A stretch of DNA of 32,000 nt from Trichodesmium erythraeum IMS101 (GCF_000014265.1 NC_008312.1:690001-722000), one strand, 5' to 3'. Positions 1 to 10,753 are shown, numbered from the stretch's first letter. Numbers and translations: made by a program. Notes: a model not told the origin generated them from the sequence alone.

Positions 1-572
1 GGCAGATTTTTCGAAGCTTGATAAAGCTCTTGATAGGCTTGTTCATCTCCTCGTAAATGAGCAGTTTCTGTTGCTAGTTGAACTGCCCAACCTAGATTTG
101 TTTGTAGACAAAAAGCCCCTCCTTCATAAGCCCAGTCTGTATATAAATTATAACCAATCATTGCCGGACAAATTGTTTTTATAACAGGAGATTTAGCACT
201 AGCAGCATATAGTTGAGTCATGCCTTGATAAGAAAATCCATACATTCCTATTTCCCCAGTGCTACCTGGTAAATTTGCAGCCCAATTAATAGTATCAATT
301 CCATCTTCAATTTCATGGGCAAATAATTCAAATTCACCCTCTGATGTACCCCGACCCCGCACATCTTGAATAATCACAATATAACCATGAGCAGCATACC
401 ATGTTGGGTGAGCATAGACTACCGTTGAGGCGATCGCTCTGCCATAAGGTTGTCGCATTAATATTACTGGAAATTCACCTGCTGCATCAGGGCGATAAAT
501 ATCAGCATCTAAACGTATACCATCTCTAGTAAATATAGAAGTAGTTTCTTTGGGTAAGATTTTCATTTTCAT
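1..572 (-). CDS. CocE/NonD-family alpha/beta hydrolase (S15 X-Pro dipeptidyl-peptidase-like), N-terminal ~190 codons; the C-terminus lies beyond the window edge
   Basis: Absent from the ORF track because no stop falls in the window. The reverse complement from ATG 572-570 reads MKMKILPKETTSIFTRDGIRLDADIYRPDAAGEFPVILMRQPYGRAIAS...DVRGRGTSEGEF...IGMYGFSYQGMTQ... and stays open to base 1. The PVILxRxPYG opening and GxSYxG nucleophile elbow are hallmarks of the family. Confidence 0.8.
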   Translation of the reverse strand, partial: MKMKILPKETTSIFTRDGIRLDADIYRPDAAGEFPVILMRQPYGRAIASTVVYAHPTWYAAHGYIVIIQDVRGRGTSEGEFELFAHEIEDGIDTINWAANLPGSTGEIGMYGFSYQGMTQLYAASAKSPVIKTICPAMIGYNLYTDWAYEGGAFCLQTNLGWAVQLATETAHLRGDEQAYQELYQASKNL

Positions 573-605
573 ATTTGTAAATAGGGTTTGCTAAAAAAGT
601 ATTTT

Positions 606-626
606 TAGGGAGTAGGGAATAGGGAC
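606..626. repeat. Three tandem heptamers TAGGGAG/TAGGGAA/TAGGGAC (STRR-like short tandem repeat)
   Basis: Read directly from the sequence. Heptamer tandem repeats of this kind (related to the STRR1 CCCCAGT class on the other strand) are characteristic of heterocystous cyanobacteria. Degenerate relatives occur at 2230-2262 and 17451-17467. Confidence 0.55.
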
Positions 627-661
627 TTAGTAGCAAGGATAAAAGCAATTATAAAACAATA

Positions 662-1778
662 TATAGCAATCCCATATTGGTCGCAACAGATATAATAGTA
701 AGAATAACAGATCTAAGAAAAAGACAAAAAATGAATATTATAGATAAACTAAATGATTTTATTAATCAAACAAAAGAGTCTAAAGAAATTAAAAGGGCCT
801 TGGCCGTAAAAATGACCTTGTCAGGAAAATCCTACCATGAAGTCAAAGAATTATTAAATGTTTCTCACAGTTTTATTAGTGAATGGAAAAACCAAGCATT
901 ATTTCATGGTGTAGAAAGTTTAAGGCTTCAGTATCAAGGGAGACAAGGTTACTTAAAAACGGTCGAAAAAGAGAAAACAATTGAGTGGTTGAGAGCACAA
1001 GATTATCTTAGGTTATCAGATTTAAAAAACTACTTACAGGAGCAATATGATGTGGTTTTTGAGTCTAATCAAAGTTACTATAACTTGTTTAAAGAAGCGG
1101 GCATAAGTTGGAAAAAAACTCAAAAAAAGAATCCTGCTAAAAATGATTAATTAGTAGAAGTTAAAAGAAAAGAAATAGAGGAATTTTTAGCTAAATGGCA
1201 ACCAGAAATAGAAACTGGAAAGCTTACAGTGTTTATGATTGATGAATGTCATCTTCTATGGGGAGACATATTAGGTTATGCTTGGGGAAAAACAGATGAA
1301 AGAATAGAAATTGCAATTAAAAATGAAAAAGAAAGACAGACTTATTATGGAGCTTTAGACTATAAAACCAAGGAATTTCTTGTGCAAGAATATGAGAGTG
1401 GAAATACTAAAAATACTATTGAATTTATTAAATATTTGCAGAAGCAAAGACCGGGCAACAAATTGGCAATATTTTGGGATGGGGCAACTTACCATAACTC
1501 TCAAGAATTTCGAGAATATTTAATGACAATTAATCAATACTTATCAGAAGAAGAATTGTTGATAAATTGTACAAGATTTGCTCCCAATGCTCCGGAGCAA
1601 AATCCTGTTGAAGATATTTGGTTACAAACCAAAAATTTCAGTATTACTTTTTATCATCTTTGCAGTTCTTTTAAAGTAGTTAAGTGGCTATTTAAGTTTT
1701 TTGCGGATGGTCAAATATTCAATTTCCCAAAACTTTTTCAGTATGAAATTTTGCCGCAACCTACTTAGGATTGCTATA
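662..1778 (+). mobile_element. IS630-family insertion sequence (~1.1 kb) with imperfect terminal inverted repeats and flanking TA/TA
   Basis: The left end is TAGCAATCC at 664-672. The right end is GGATTGCTA at 1768-1776 (9/9 inverted, about 17/25 over 25 nt). TA dinucleotides at 662-663 and 1777-1778 fit the TA target duplication of IS630/Tc1-mariner elements. The transposase stop codon lies inside the right IR. The element sits about 90 bp upstream of the hydrolase start codon. Confidence 0.85.
677..1768 (+). pseudogene. IS630-family DDE transposase interrupted by a single in-frame TAA (1148-1150)
   Basis: ORFs 677-1150 and 1229-1768 are in the same frame. Codons 1151-1228 (LVEVKRKEIEEFLAKWQPEITGKLT-like) are open, so only one stop separates the HTH N-domain from the DDE domain. 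DDE-region motifs are MIDECHL, IFWDGATYHNS and PNAPEQNPVEDIW. Confidence 0.85.
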
Positions 1779-2376
1779 GTTCATATCAGACGAAATTTAT
1801 AAGGCATAAAACCATGATGTTCAGCTTTTCAAATTACATAATTGCAAAAAAAAATAATTAACTGAACCATATTAAATTAATTAGGAAATTTCCATAATAT
1901 CAATTTCCAAAATAATAGTATATTTAAATAGCACTTTAAATATTAATTAATCAATCCTAATTGCTATTTATTAAAACTAATTTTTTTTCAAAATTTAGTT
2001 ATTAAATAATTCATATAACAGGAATATTTTTTCCTCTCTCGCACTAAGTTAATGTTAATTATTATTATATTTACTTCTCCTCGACTCCCATACTAATCCA
2101 CCTTCTGGGTCAATAAAATGTAAAAATTTTTTTGAGAAATAGTAATACAAATGACTAATAACTTTTCTTGTGATAATTAATAGAGAACTAAGTTTGTTAA
2201 TTATTTTTATGTTGTATAGACACAATTATGCAATATCCCTAACCCTCTTCCCCTACTCTCCTACTCGAAAGCCAGGGTAGAAAAGTTTTTGAGAAATGGT
2301 ATAAAAATTGTCCCTTAATTTTTATGCTTTTGTCGTTCTAAAATGTTAAGGTGCTTGAACTTAGAAAAACCGAAAG

Positions 2377-2488
2377 TTAGCATTTTTTTTTGACTCCAAA
2401 ATACTAAAGTCCCTAACCCCCTAACAGAGAATTTAGCATTTTTTTTTTGCTCCAAAATACTAAAGTCTCTAACCCCCTAACAGAGAAT
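2377..2488. repeat. Tandem direct repeat, 2 x 56 bp (TTAGCA-T9/10-G(A)CTCCAAAATACTAAAGTC(C/T)CTAACCCCCTAACAGAGAAT)
   Basis: The two units (2377-2432 and 2433-2488) differ only by one T/A indel near the T-run and one C/T substitution. Confidence 0.9.
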
Positions 2489-2629
2489 AAAGGAAAAATT
2501 AAATTAAGTAGGATCAATAATAAAAAGCTTTTTAATAACTAATTGAGTAAATATACTAGAAAAATTTTATTTTCAAATAGTACTTCTCAAATAATGTGAA
2601 GTAAACTTTTATCTTCCTTTTCTTTTTAA

Positions 2630-3079
2630 TCAAAATTTATAAAAATTTGAGCTAGTCAAAACTTGGATATCTTCTTCATCTAAATCTACTGGTTTTCCAC
2701 TGCGAATTAGTTCTGCAAAGTCTTCATTTGGCACCATAATACACAAGGCATAAAGACGAGTGGAACCAGTATTTTCTATAATATGATTACCCGTTGGTGG
2801 CATAAGAATACTATCACCAGCACAAATATTAATAGATTTTCCATCACAGCTTGCTTTTCCTTCTCCTTTGAGAATAAAAAACATTTCTACAGCGAAATGA
2901 TGTTGATGTAAAGGTGTTTTTCCTCCTACATCAAAAACTTCTAAACATACAGTTAAAGAAGCATTGGCATTGGCTGGGCTGAAAATAATTGCTAGTCTAT
3001 TATTATCATTAGGACTAATGCGATATGCTTGATAGTCTTGGGGAGACTTAACAACTGGAATCATGCAACGAGTAATCAT
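2630..3079 (-). CDS. Cupin-domain protein (149 aa)
   Basis: ORF track. It carries the cupin metal-site pattern GGKTPLHQHHFAVEMFFILKGEG ... GDSILMPPTGNHIIEN (the G-x5-HxH-x-E and G-x5-P-x-G-x2-H-x3-N motifs). Confidence 0.7.
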   Translation of the reverse strand: MITRCMIPVVKSPQDYQAYRISPNDNNRLAIIFSPANANASLTVCLEVFDVGGKTPLHQHHFAVEMFFILKGEGKASCDGKSINICAGDSILMPPTGNHIIENTGSTRLYALCIMVPNEDFAELIRSGKPVDLDEEDIQVLTSSNFYKF

Positions 3080-3298
3080 TTTCTTATAAGTAATAGTGTT
3101 AATTTATTTAGATAATTATTGATTATTATAGCTACATTTTAAAGGTTTTGACTTTTAGCTTTAGGTAGCACAGTAAACTTTTTTTACTTATTACTTATTA
3201 CCCTTTTAAATTAATGTAGCACTACTCATTTATAGCAGCGCGGACATTAGGAAATTATGAAGCTTGCTCAGGTTTGGGAGTAAACCTTGATAACTGTG

Positions 3299-3318
3299 AA
3301 ATAGGCGATCGCCTATTT
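3299..3318. repeat. 20-bp perfect palindrome centred on a HIP1 site (AAATAGGCGATCGCCTATTT)
   Basis: Read directly. It is self-complementary over all 20 nt and sits in a gene-free spacer. It could act as a bidirectional hairpin or terminator remnant. Confidence 0.6.
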
Positions 3319-4773
3319 TAATTAAATTTTTGTTCATAGTCTATCAGGAAAATAGAATAGCACAGAGGGAAGGTTTGGCGTTGACGGAGCTGATGGGCAG
3401 CTATATCGCTCCTTAGAACTGGTATCAATTAATTCTTATCCCACACTTTGCACTCTCCACTACTAAAATCTTTTAGTGGGAAGCCTAGCAGTGTTTATAA
3501 TTTATAAATGTTATCTCTTCTGGGGATATCTTTTGGATTATATTTGAGGAATAACCGATAACTATCCCATTCTCTGTTTTACCAATTTATCGCAAATATT
3601 TATTTGCCAACGACTTCAGTAAAATTATCACTTTTTCTATTTCCAGAATTGTCAATTATCAGAGCAAACCCATTTATAATTCTAGTTTGATTATGTCGAT
3701 TTATAGTTTTTTATGCAACACTCATTTATCGAATCTTCTTGTCATTTAGCATACCTAATAAAATGATATATATTATAGTATGAAAAGACAATAATGTTTT
3801 CACTCATTTGAGCAATATTTTTCCTTTTTGTTTTTCTTAATGTTGCGGTGATGTACAAGATTAATCAAAGGGTAGGGCGTTTACTCAAGGCATTTGCTAC
3901 TCTTATTAAGTTTTATTCAGATATCACACTAATTCTTAAAGGCAGAGATACTATTTTTTCTTCTAAAAATTTTATTGCTAAAACCGGTAAAGTCGCACTT
4001 AATGATACAAAGATGGAAATAATAAAATCTAGAATTATTTGTTTTGGTCAAAATCTTTCTTTTAGGTAACTTATCAGTATAGCGGTTACTTAGTAGGATG
4101 CTTTCACACCACAAACTACTCTTATGTTCTAATTTGACCAAAATTTGTAGAGCTTGATAATTATAGCTATATCATCACCATAAACTTGTATCAGCAATTC
4201 AGTAATAGTTAAATAATCTCCCCATTCATTTTTTTTTACTACCTACCAAGCTACTAAAAAATTTATATTTATCCTAGCATATTTCTTAAAAAAAACAACT
4301 AAAAAGTTGCCCCTTTATGCAAGGCAAGCTCATATAAAATTTTCTTGACAAATCAATGTTTTTATTATCTGCTTGCAATACAAGCTTTTCAAGGAATTAT
4401 AAATATTACATAATTTTCATATTATCGGTTTTCACGGCTTAACAATTAGAATGTATTTTCCTTACTAAATTAATCTCAAAATCTTTTAGGGCAATAGGAT
4501 TAGAAAATATACTATTTGTCAATAATTGTTAAGATGAGCTGACCCTGTCCCTTTATGGGCAAAGCAATAGAGACCAGATTTTTTGGTAATTTAGGTTTTC
4601 TTCCTTTCAGAGTATTGAAGTTCCTATTATAATAATTGTACTGGCCTAAGGAGAAAGTAATATCTATTTCTATTAGAACAGCTTAAATTTTAATTTAAAG
4701 GTAAAACATGACTACTTTTTTTGTCATTAATACCAATTAACAATCAAGATTAACCTAATTTTAGAGGAAGACT

Positions 4774-5922
4774 ATGCAATTAACAACTACTCAGTTAGAT
4801 AACTCAAATATAGACACCCCAAAACATGGTTTACCAGTGACAATAATTACAGGTTTTCTGGGGAGTGGGAAGACTACTTTACTTAACCATATATTGCAAA
4901 ACCAAGAGGGTGTTAAAACTGCTGTTTTGGTAAATGAATTTGGAGAAATTGGGATTGATAATGAGTTAATTGTTTCTACCAATGCAGATGACACAATGGT
5001 AGAACTTAGTAATGGTTGTGTTTGTTGCACTATTAATGAGGACTTGGTTAATGCAGTTTATAAGATTTTAGGAAAATCAGAAAAATTTGATTATATGGTA
5101 GTAGAAACTACTGGTTTAGCTGACCCATTGCCAGTAGCTTTAACCTTTTTAGGCACTGAGTTAAGAGATATGACTCGCTTAGATTCAATTATTACTTTGG
5201 TAGATGCTGCTAACTATAGTGTTGATTTGTTTAAGAGTCAAGCAGCACATAGTCAAATTGTCTATAGTGATATTATTTTGTTGAATAAAACTGACTTGGC
5301 AGATGAAGCATATTTAGATTTATTGGAAGTGAAAATTAGAAATCTTAAAAAAGATGCTAGAATTATTAGAACTAAGAAATCACAAGTAGCTTTACCATTA
5401 GTTCTGAGTGTTGGTCTATTCGAGTCAGATAAGTATTTTGAGTTGGCAGAAGTTGATCAGCACCATAATCATGGCCATGACCATCATGATCATGATCATG
5501 AACACGAACATCATCACCATGACCATGAACACGAACATCATCACCATGACCATGGACATGAACATCATCACCATGACCATGGACATGAGCATCATCACCA
5601 TGAACACGATCACTATCATTCTAACCATTTAGAAAATGATGGATTTACTTCTATTTCTTTTCAAAGTGATAAACCTCTTTCAATGAAGAAATTTCAACAT
5701 TTTTTAGATAATAAATTACCAGCAAATGTTTTCCGAGCTAAGGGTATTTTATGGTTTCAAGAAAGCTCTTTACGACACATATTTCACTTAAGTGGTAAGC
5801 GGTTTAGTATTGAAGATGATCAGTGGAATGGTAATAATCATAAAAATCAGTTAGTTTTCATTGGTCAGAACTTAGACCATGAGAAGTTGCGATCGCAATT
5901 AAAAGATTGTGTTATCTCCTAA
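4774..5922 (+). CDS. COG0523-family G3E GTPase (CobW/YeiR/ZigA-like putative zinc metallochaperone) with an internal His-rich tract
   Basis: Motifs: Walker A GFLGSGKTT, the metal-binding CxCC motif GCVCCT, ETTGLADP, and NKxD as LNKTDL. There is a 56-residue stretch of H/D/E (HHNHGHDHHDHDHEHEHHHHDH...). An SD-like GAGGAAG lies 6 nt upstream of the ATG. Confidence 0.9.
   Translation: MQLTTTQLDNSNIDTPKHGLPVTIITGFLGSGKTTLLNHILQNQEGVKTAVLVNEFGEIGIDNELIVSTNADDTMVELSNGCVCCTINEDLVNAVYKILGKSEKFDYMVVETTGLADPLPVALTFLGTELRDMTRLDSIITLVDAANYSVDLFKSQAAHSQIVYSDIILLNKTDLADEAYLDLLEVKIRNLKKDARIIRTKKSQVALPLVLSVGLFESDKYFELAEVDQHHNHGHDHHDHDHEHEHHHHDHEHEHHHHDHGHEHHHHDHGHEHHHHEHDHYHSNHLENDGFTSISFQSDKPLSMKKFQHFLDNKLPANVFRAKGILWFQESSLRHIFHLSGKRFSIEDDQWNGNNHKNQLVFIGQNLDHEKLRSQLKDCVIS
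5500..5607 (+). repeat. Four tandem 27-bp units inside the COG0523 gene, encoding (E/G)HEHHHHDH repeats
   Basis: Units at 5500-5526 and 5527-5553 are identical (GAACACGAACATCATCACCATGACCAT). Units at 5554-5580 and 5581-5607 are close variants (GGACATGA(A/G)CATCATCACCATGA(C/A)CA(T/C)). Confidence 0.9.
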
Positions 5923-6401
5923 AAAGTAATAAATAATGGCAATGGTGAAAAACCAATTTGTTCAAGTAATAAGGGCAGTAAAAAAAACTTGATTATGGGT
6001 GTTTATCAGACAAATAGGATAAGTTATGAACTGAAAAATAGCAGAAAAAGTATTTTCATTTAACTTCTTATTTATAACTCCTAAAAAAAACTCTAGTTGT
6101 TTGTAGCCAAAATTTATCACCTAAGGAATAAGGTAATAAATATAGGATTCAGCACTTAGTAATCACTACATATTTGAAAGCTGAGTGCTGAACCCTGAAG
6201 ATTATCAAGAGCGGGCAGTTAAATTTAAAAATATATTCCTTGATTAAGTATAGCAATCAAATAAAAGCTCAGGAAGCTGAACTATTCTGGGTTTGCTCAT
6301 ATAACCAAGGTTAATGTCTTAACCTATGCTTTAATTTGCTTATAAAAAATTCCTATAAATCAAAATAAATAATGATTTTTGACTTTTGACTTAAATAAAT
6401 T

Positions 6402-6863
6402 ATGCGAGTTGTTATCCAAAGAGTTAATTTTTCTCAGGTAAAAGTAAATGAAGAAATTGTTGGTAAAATTGGCAAAGGATTAAATTTGCTTGTCGCTATT
6501 TCCACAACTGATACAGAAGCAGAAATAGATTGGATAGTACGTAAATGTCTAGATCTGCGTTTATTTCCTGACCCAGATAGTAATAATAACTTTTGGGAAA
6601 AATCTGTCAAAGATATAGATGGTGAATTGTTAATAGTTAGTCAGTTTACTCTATATGGAGATTGCCGTAAAGGTCGTCGCCCATCTTTCGATAACTCTGC
6701 ATCTCCTGAAGTTGCTAAACAACTTTATCAACTATTTGTAGAAAAATTAAAATTGAGTGGTTTAAAAGTAGCAACTGGTATTTTTGGAGCAATGATGCAA
6801 GTTGAAATTGATAATGATGGTCCCGTAACTTTCTTGTTAGAAAAAGAAGCTAATAATAAATAA
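6402..6863 (+). CDS. dtd: D-aminoacyl-tRNA deacylase
   Basis: MRVVIQRV... VSQFTLYGD... GRRPSF... [17 protein letters not shown] are the canonical Dtd motifs. The 153-aa length is also typical. Confidence 0.9.
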   Translation: MRVVIQRVNFSQVKVNEEIVGKIGKGLNLLVAISTTDTEAEIDWIVRKCLDLRLFPDPDSNNNFWEKSVKDIDGELLIVSQFTLYGDCRKGRRPSFDNSASPEVAKQLYQLFVEKLKLSGLKVATGIFGAMMQVEIDNDGPVTFLLEKEANNK

Positions 6864-7750
6864 TTATTATCAGTTAATAATATGGTAAAGGAAAATATAA
6901 ATATTAAAATAGTAATTAATTTGTGAGAATAATCTAGTCATAAATTATCTAATAAAAAATGTAGTTATTATTTATAAAGCATTGATTCATGCTAATAATA
7001 GTATACTAAATAAATTTGAATAATGGCAGTGAAAAAAATTGGAATATTGAGATTTTCTACCTACTTATAGAAACCAAATATAATATCAATATTCTAGATA
7101 TTTATTAAATATAAATGGATTAAAGTAGAGACAATTAACCACTATAAAAGCTGATTTTAATGAGTCAAAAAAGTGCTTAATAAAAAACGGAATGGAATAT
7201 GTAATTAATTTGGCTTCTGTACTTATCAAATATCATTAATTAGCTATAATCAAAAATGCTTTTCTTACATCAATTGCTATCTTTTTCCAATTCCTAATTT
7301 CCGATTACCTGATTTTTTTCCACAGTGGGTATTCAAAGAGACATGATATTAGCAGTCAACTAACAGCAAATTAATGAATAATTCTTTCTAAAGCTAAAGT
7401 ACGCTACTTTAGTAGTAACTTTTAATTCTCTGTGAATTTCTAAATTGCTGTAGTTGCTCCCAAATTAATAGCTAATAGGAGATGACTGAATGTTGATACT
7501 ACTATAAATAGAATTTATGGTTTTACGAACTCAGATATAGGTATTTCCACACCATACTATTCTGGTTCAATATCTAGGGAAAATTAATGTTATACTTAAT
7601 AATAAGTAACAATACTAAACTGTTTAGTTTTTGCCTCAAATTGATGTCATAATCGTCAAATGTGGTATTGGCTTCCAGTCTGTAACCCAAGTTTATAGCC
7701 TGCCGGTCAAAATTTAGTTGATATAATTTTTATTTTAGAAAAGGAAAGTT

Positions 7751-8074
7751 ATGGGTTTTTTTGATTCAGAAGTAGTGCAAAAAGAAGCCAAGCAACTATT
7801 TGAGGATTATCAATCCTTAATTATGCTAGGAAGTAATTATGGCAAATTTGACCGAGAAGGTAAGAAAATGTACATTGAGCAAATGGAAGCTATGATGGAT
7901 AGGTATAAGATTTTTATGAAACGATTTGAACTGTCGGAAGATTTCATGGCTAAAATGACTATGGAACAACTTAAAACTCAGTTAAATCAATTCGGAATTA
8001 CTCCTCAACAAATGTTTCATCAAATGAATGTAACTCTAGAAAGAATGAAATCAGAATTGAATCATCAGTCCTAA
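7751..8074 (+). CDS. Conserved cyanobacterial hypothetical protein (DUF1825-like, 107 aa)
   Basis: ORF track. The sequence MGFFDSEVVQKEAKQLFEDYQ...GKFDREGKKMYIEQME...FGITPQQMF matches what I recall of a small protein family restricted to cyanobacteria and plastid lineages. The family name is from memory and not verifiable here. Confidence 0.6.
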   Translation: MGFFDSEVVQKEAKQLFEDYQSLIMLGSNYGKFDREGKKMYIEQMEAMMDRYKIFMKRFELSEDFMAKMTMEQLKTQLNQFGITPQQMFHQMNVTLERMKSELNHQS

Positions 8075-8788
8075 TTTAATTAAGATAAATAACCGCTTAT
8101 TAATTGCAATTTCAGGTAGTACTCCATAAGTAACTATAAATATAAATTAGTAAAAGTCACTGCGGATATTATCCATTTTTGTCTACCTGTCCAAAGTTTA
8201 CGTCTTTAAAAAACCTTCAAAAATGGTTATGTCCACAACAGTAAACAGATATTTTTGTGCTACTAATGTGGACAACAATTTTTTGGGAAACTCTTCCCAA
8301 AAACTGATTGACTAAGCTACTTACCTGCTGGTTCACTGACTGTTAAGATAAAAATTTAACTTGCTGTAATCTCTCGTTATGGAGAAGGCAAAAGCCATTG
8401 ATAAATTGAGAAAGAATTAAGATTTACTTCAAAGCTCAGGCTCCTTTAAGCACAAGAAGTATTCATTTAAATCTCGTCTCGCCTTTAAAGCAGGAAGTAT
8501 GATTGCTGAAGCCTTGAGGTCTGAGAGCCGAATACTTACTCTTTTGTGAAACTGACATAATGGGACTTGAGAAAAAAATAGGTTAAAAATAAGCTAACAA
8601 CTTTATACAGCAATTTTTTTACCCTCAAATCGTATTTTTTTATAGATCTATATTTCTAATTATTCTTAGCTTTTTAGCGGTATTTATGGATTTAACTGGA
8701 CTTGGTTTGAGGTTATTTTTGATGTATTTAATTTAAATCTTAAAGTACCGATAACATATCTCTACTGAACTAATTCAATACAAAAACA

Positions 8789-10753
8789 CTAGGGCCTATC
8801 AAACTTATATGCCGGAGGAAAATATTCTTTGCGCATACCACTCATGGCTTGATTCATAAAATCACGCCAGATAGGTGCAACAGTAGTACCACCAGTAGCT
8901 CCATAGTTGAGTGGTCGGTAATCATCGTTACCTACCCAAACGGCAGTTGACAACTGAGGAGTATAGCCAACAAACCAAACATCCCTTTCTGAAGAAGTCG
9001 TACCAGTTTTTCCAGCAGCTTGACGACTTATTCTCGCCCTAGTAGCCGTACCTTGTTCAATTACTCCCACCAATATACTATTAAGTGATGCTACAGCCCA
9101 CTGATTGAGAACCAATTTAGGTTTAGGAGTATTGTCCAATAAGACATTTCCACTAGTATCTGTCACCTGGACAATAAACGTCGTATCAGAATGCCAGCCA
9201 TTATTAGCAAAAGTGGCATAGGCACCCGCCATTTCTAGAGGTGTCAAGTCAACAGAACCCAATGGTAAAGAAATCACGGGTTCCATGGGACTTTTAATTC
9301 CCAAGATTCGACAAACCTCAATCACCTTATTAAGCCCTACAACCTGACCAATTTTAACAGCAGGTATGTTCAGAGAAGATTGTAAAGCCTTACGAATACT
9401 TACTGCTCCAGAATATCCGCCACCATAATTTCGAGGAGAATAATAACCGGTACCATCTCGATAATTAACAGGAGCATCTATAACCACTGAAGATGGGGTA
9501 AATCTACCCGAAGCAAAAGCAGTATAGTAAACAAAAGGTTTAAACGAAGAACCAGGTTGCCTGAAAGCTTGAACAGCGCGATTATATTGACTTGTTTTAA
9601 AATCTGCCCCACCAACCATCGCTTTGACAAAATGAGTGCGTGGGTCAACTGCTACTAATGCTAATTGACCTTTGTCCCAACTCCGATAAAGCCCACGATA
9701 ATATAAGATTTTATGCCATTCACTTACAGTTTTCTCTGCCATCTTTTGGAAGTTCATATCAATAGTAGTTTGTATGCGCATTCCTCCCTTCAGAACAGCA
9801 TCTTTACCGAACCTCTCAGTTAATTCCTGAATAACTGCACTGGTAATATAAGGAAGTTTACTCTTACCAAAAGAAGTAACTTTACCTACATACAATGGTT
9901 GTTTGAGAGCTTCTGCTTCCTCTTGAGCGGTAATCCAATTTAGTTCTCGCATCCTGGCTAGAACTGTTGCCTGACGCTGTTTAGACTTTTTGTAGTTAAT
10001 AAAAGGGCTATATTCCTCTGGCGCAGGAATCATACCTGCCATCAAGGCCGCTTCCGCCAAGGTTAAATCTTCGGAAGACTTATTAAAATAGCTTCGAGCT
10101 GCAGTTTCAACTCCATATAAATTATGGCCCCAGTAAATTTGGTTGAGGTATAATTCTAAAATTTCATCTTTGGCCATAATTTGTTCCATTCTAATTGCCA
10201 AAACTGCTTCAGCTACTTTCCTACTAAGTTTGGCTGTTGGGGAGAGAAACAAATTTTTTACCAATTGCATGGTCACAGTAGAACCACCTTCAACGGTTTT
10301 ACCCCGCTCTAAGTTAGCTACAAGAGCACGCATAATTCCAATGGGATAAATCCCTAGGTGATTGTAGAAATTACTATCTTCGATTGCCAAAACTGCTCGT
10401 TTGAGGTCTGGAGAAATTTGCTTTAGAGGCATGACTTCTCGGTTGGCCTCATCATGGAGACTTGCCAGGGGCCTACCTTTGATATCATATATACGAGTTG
10501 TTTCTGAAGGTGTATAATTTTTGAGCAGCCTTACATCTGGCAGATTACGAAAGCTAATGGCTAAACCTACTAATCCACCAGCAACTAATGAGCTAGTCAG
10601 CATAGTAATGCCTAATACTGTACCTGTTGTAACTTTACCGACAGACTGAACAAACTCGAAGACTGGTGCAGATTTAGATAATGGTTTTTTAGTTTGCTTG
10701 TTTGGGAGAGTGTTGGTGGACACTTTGATTTCACTTCCTTGGATAGACTTCAT
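8789..10753 (-). CDS. Class A penicillin-binding protein (bifunctional GT51 transglycosylase / transpeptidase)
   Basis: There is an N-terminal TM anchor. GT51 motifs are EDSNFYNHLG, GGSTVTMQLVKN and RKVAEAVLAIRME. Transpeptidase motifs are SSFKP (SxxK), SPRN (SxN) and KTGTT. Confidence 0.9.
   Translation of the reverse strand: MKSIQGSEIKVSTNTLPNKQTKKPLSKSAPVFEFVQSVGKVTTGTVLGITMLTSSLVAGGLVGLAISFRNLPDVRLLKNYTPSETTRIYDIKGRPLASLHDEANREVMPLKQISPDLKRAVLAIEDSNFYNHLGIYPIGIMRALVANLERGKTVEGGSTVTMQLVKNLFLSPTAKLSRKVAEAVLAIRMEQIMAKDEILELYLNQIYWGHNLYGVETAARSYFNKSSEDLTLAEAALMAGMIPAPEEYSPFINYKKSKQRQATVLARMRELNWITAQEEAEALKQPLYVGKVTSFGKSKLPYITSAVIQELTERFGKDAVLKGGMRIQTTIDMNFQKMAEKTVSEWHKILYYRGLYRSWDKGQLALVAVDPRTHFVKAMVGGADFKTSQYNRAVQAFRQPGSSFKPFVYYTAFASGRFTPSSVVIDAPVNYRDGTGYYSPRNYGGGYSGAVSIRKALQSSLNIPAVKIGQVVGLNKVIEVCRILGIKSPMEPVISLPLGSVDLTPLEMAGAYATFANNGWHSDTTFIVQVTDTSGNVLLDNTPKPKLVLNQWAVASLNSILVGVIEQGTATRARISRQAAGKTGTTSSERDVWFVGYTPQLSTAVWVGNDDYRPLNYGATGGTTVAPIWRDFMNQAMSGMRKEYFPPAYKFDRP

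Noticed and set aside
3360-3500. A relatively GC-rich patch (…AGAGGGAAGGTTTGGCGTTGACGGAGCTGATGGGCAGC…), considered as a cobalamin or other riboswitch upstream of the COG0523 (CobW-like) gene.
   Set aside because: It lacks a B12 box and the conserved GGTG/CCCGC/ACTG core. It also lies more than 1.2 kb from the gene. It is more likely a decayed coding fragment.
3848-4141. Mutually overlapping 73-aa (+) and 70-aa (-) ORFs in an AT-rich spacer.
   Set aside because: They overlap each other almost completely, have low-complexity K/I/F/N-rich sequence and carry no motifs. They are most likely chance ORFs in AT-rich DNA.
4138-4644. Fur/Zur-box-like AT-rich strings (TGATAATTATAGCTA at about 4149; TTATAATAATTGTA at about 4626) upstream of the COG0523 gene.
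   Set aside because: Only one half-site matches the TGATAAT-N-ATTATCA dyad and the symmetry is poor. Strings like this are expected by chance in DNA this AT-rich.
5408-5632. Two M/I/T/V-rich ORFs (5408-5632 plus strand, 5425-5628 minus strand).
   Set aside because: They are alternative-frame and antisense readings of the CAT/CAC/GAC repeats that encode the His-rich tract of the COG0523 gene.
8281-8302. Perfect 9-bp-stem hairpin TTTTGGGAA-ACTC-TTCCCAAAA.
   Set aside because: The T-run precedes the GC core and the A-run follows it on both strands, which is the wrong polarity for an intrinsic terminator. No gene ends nearby.
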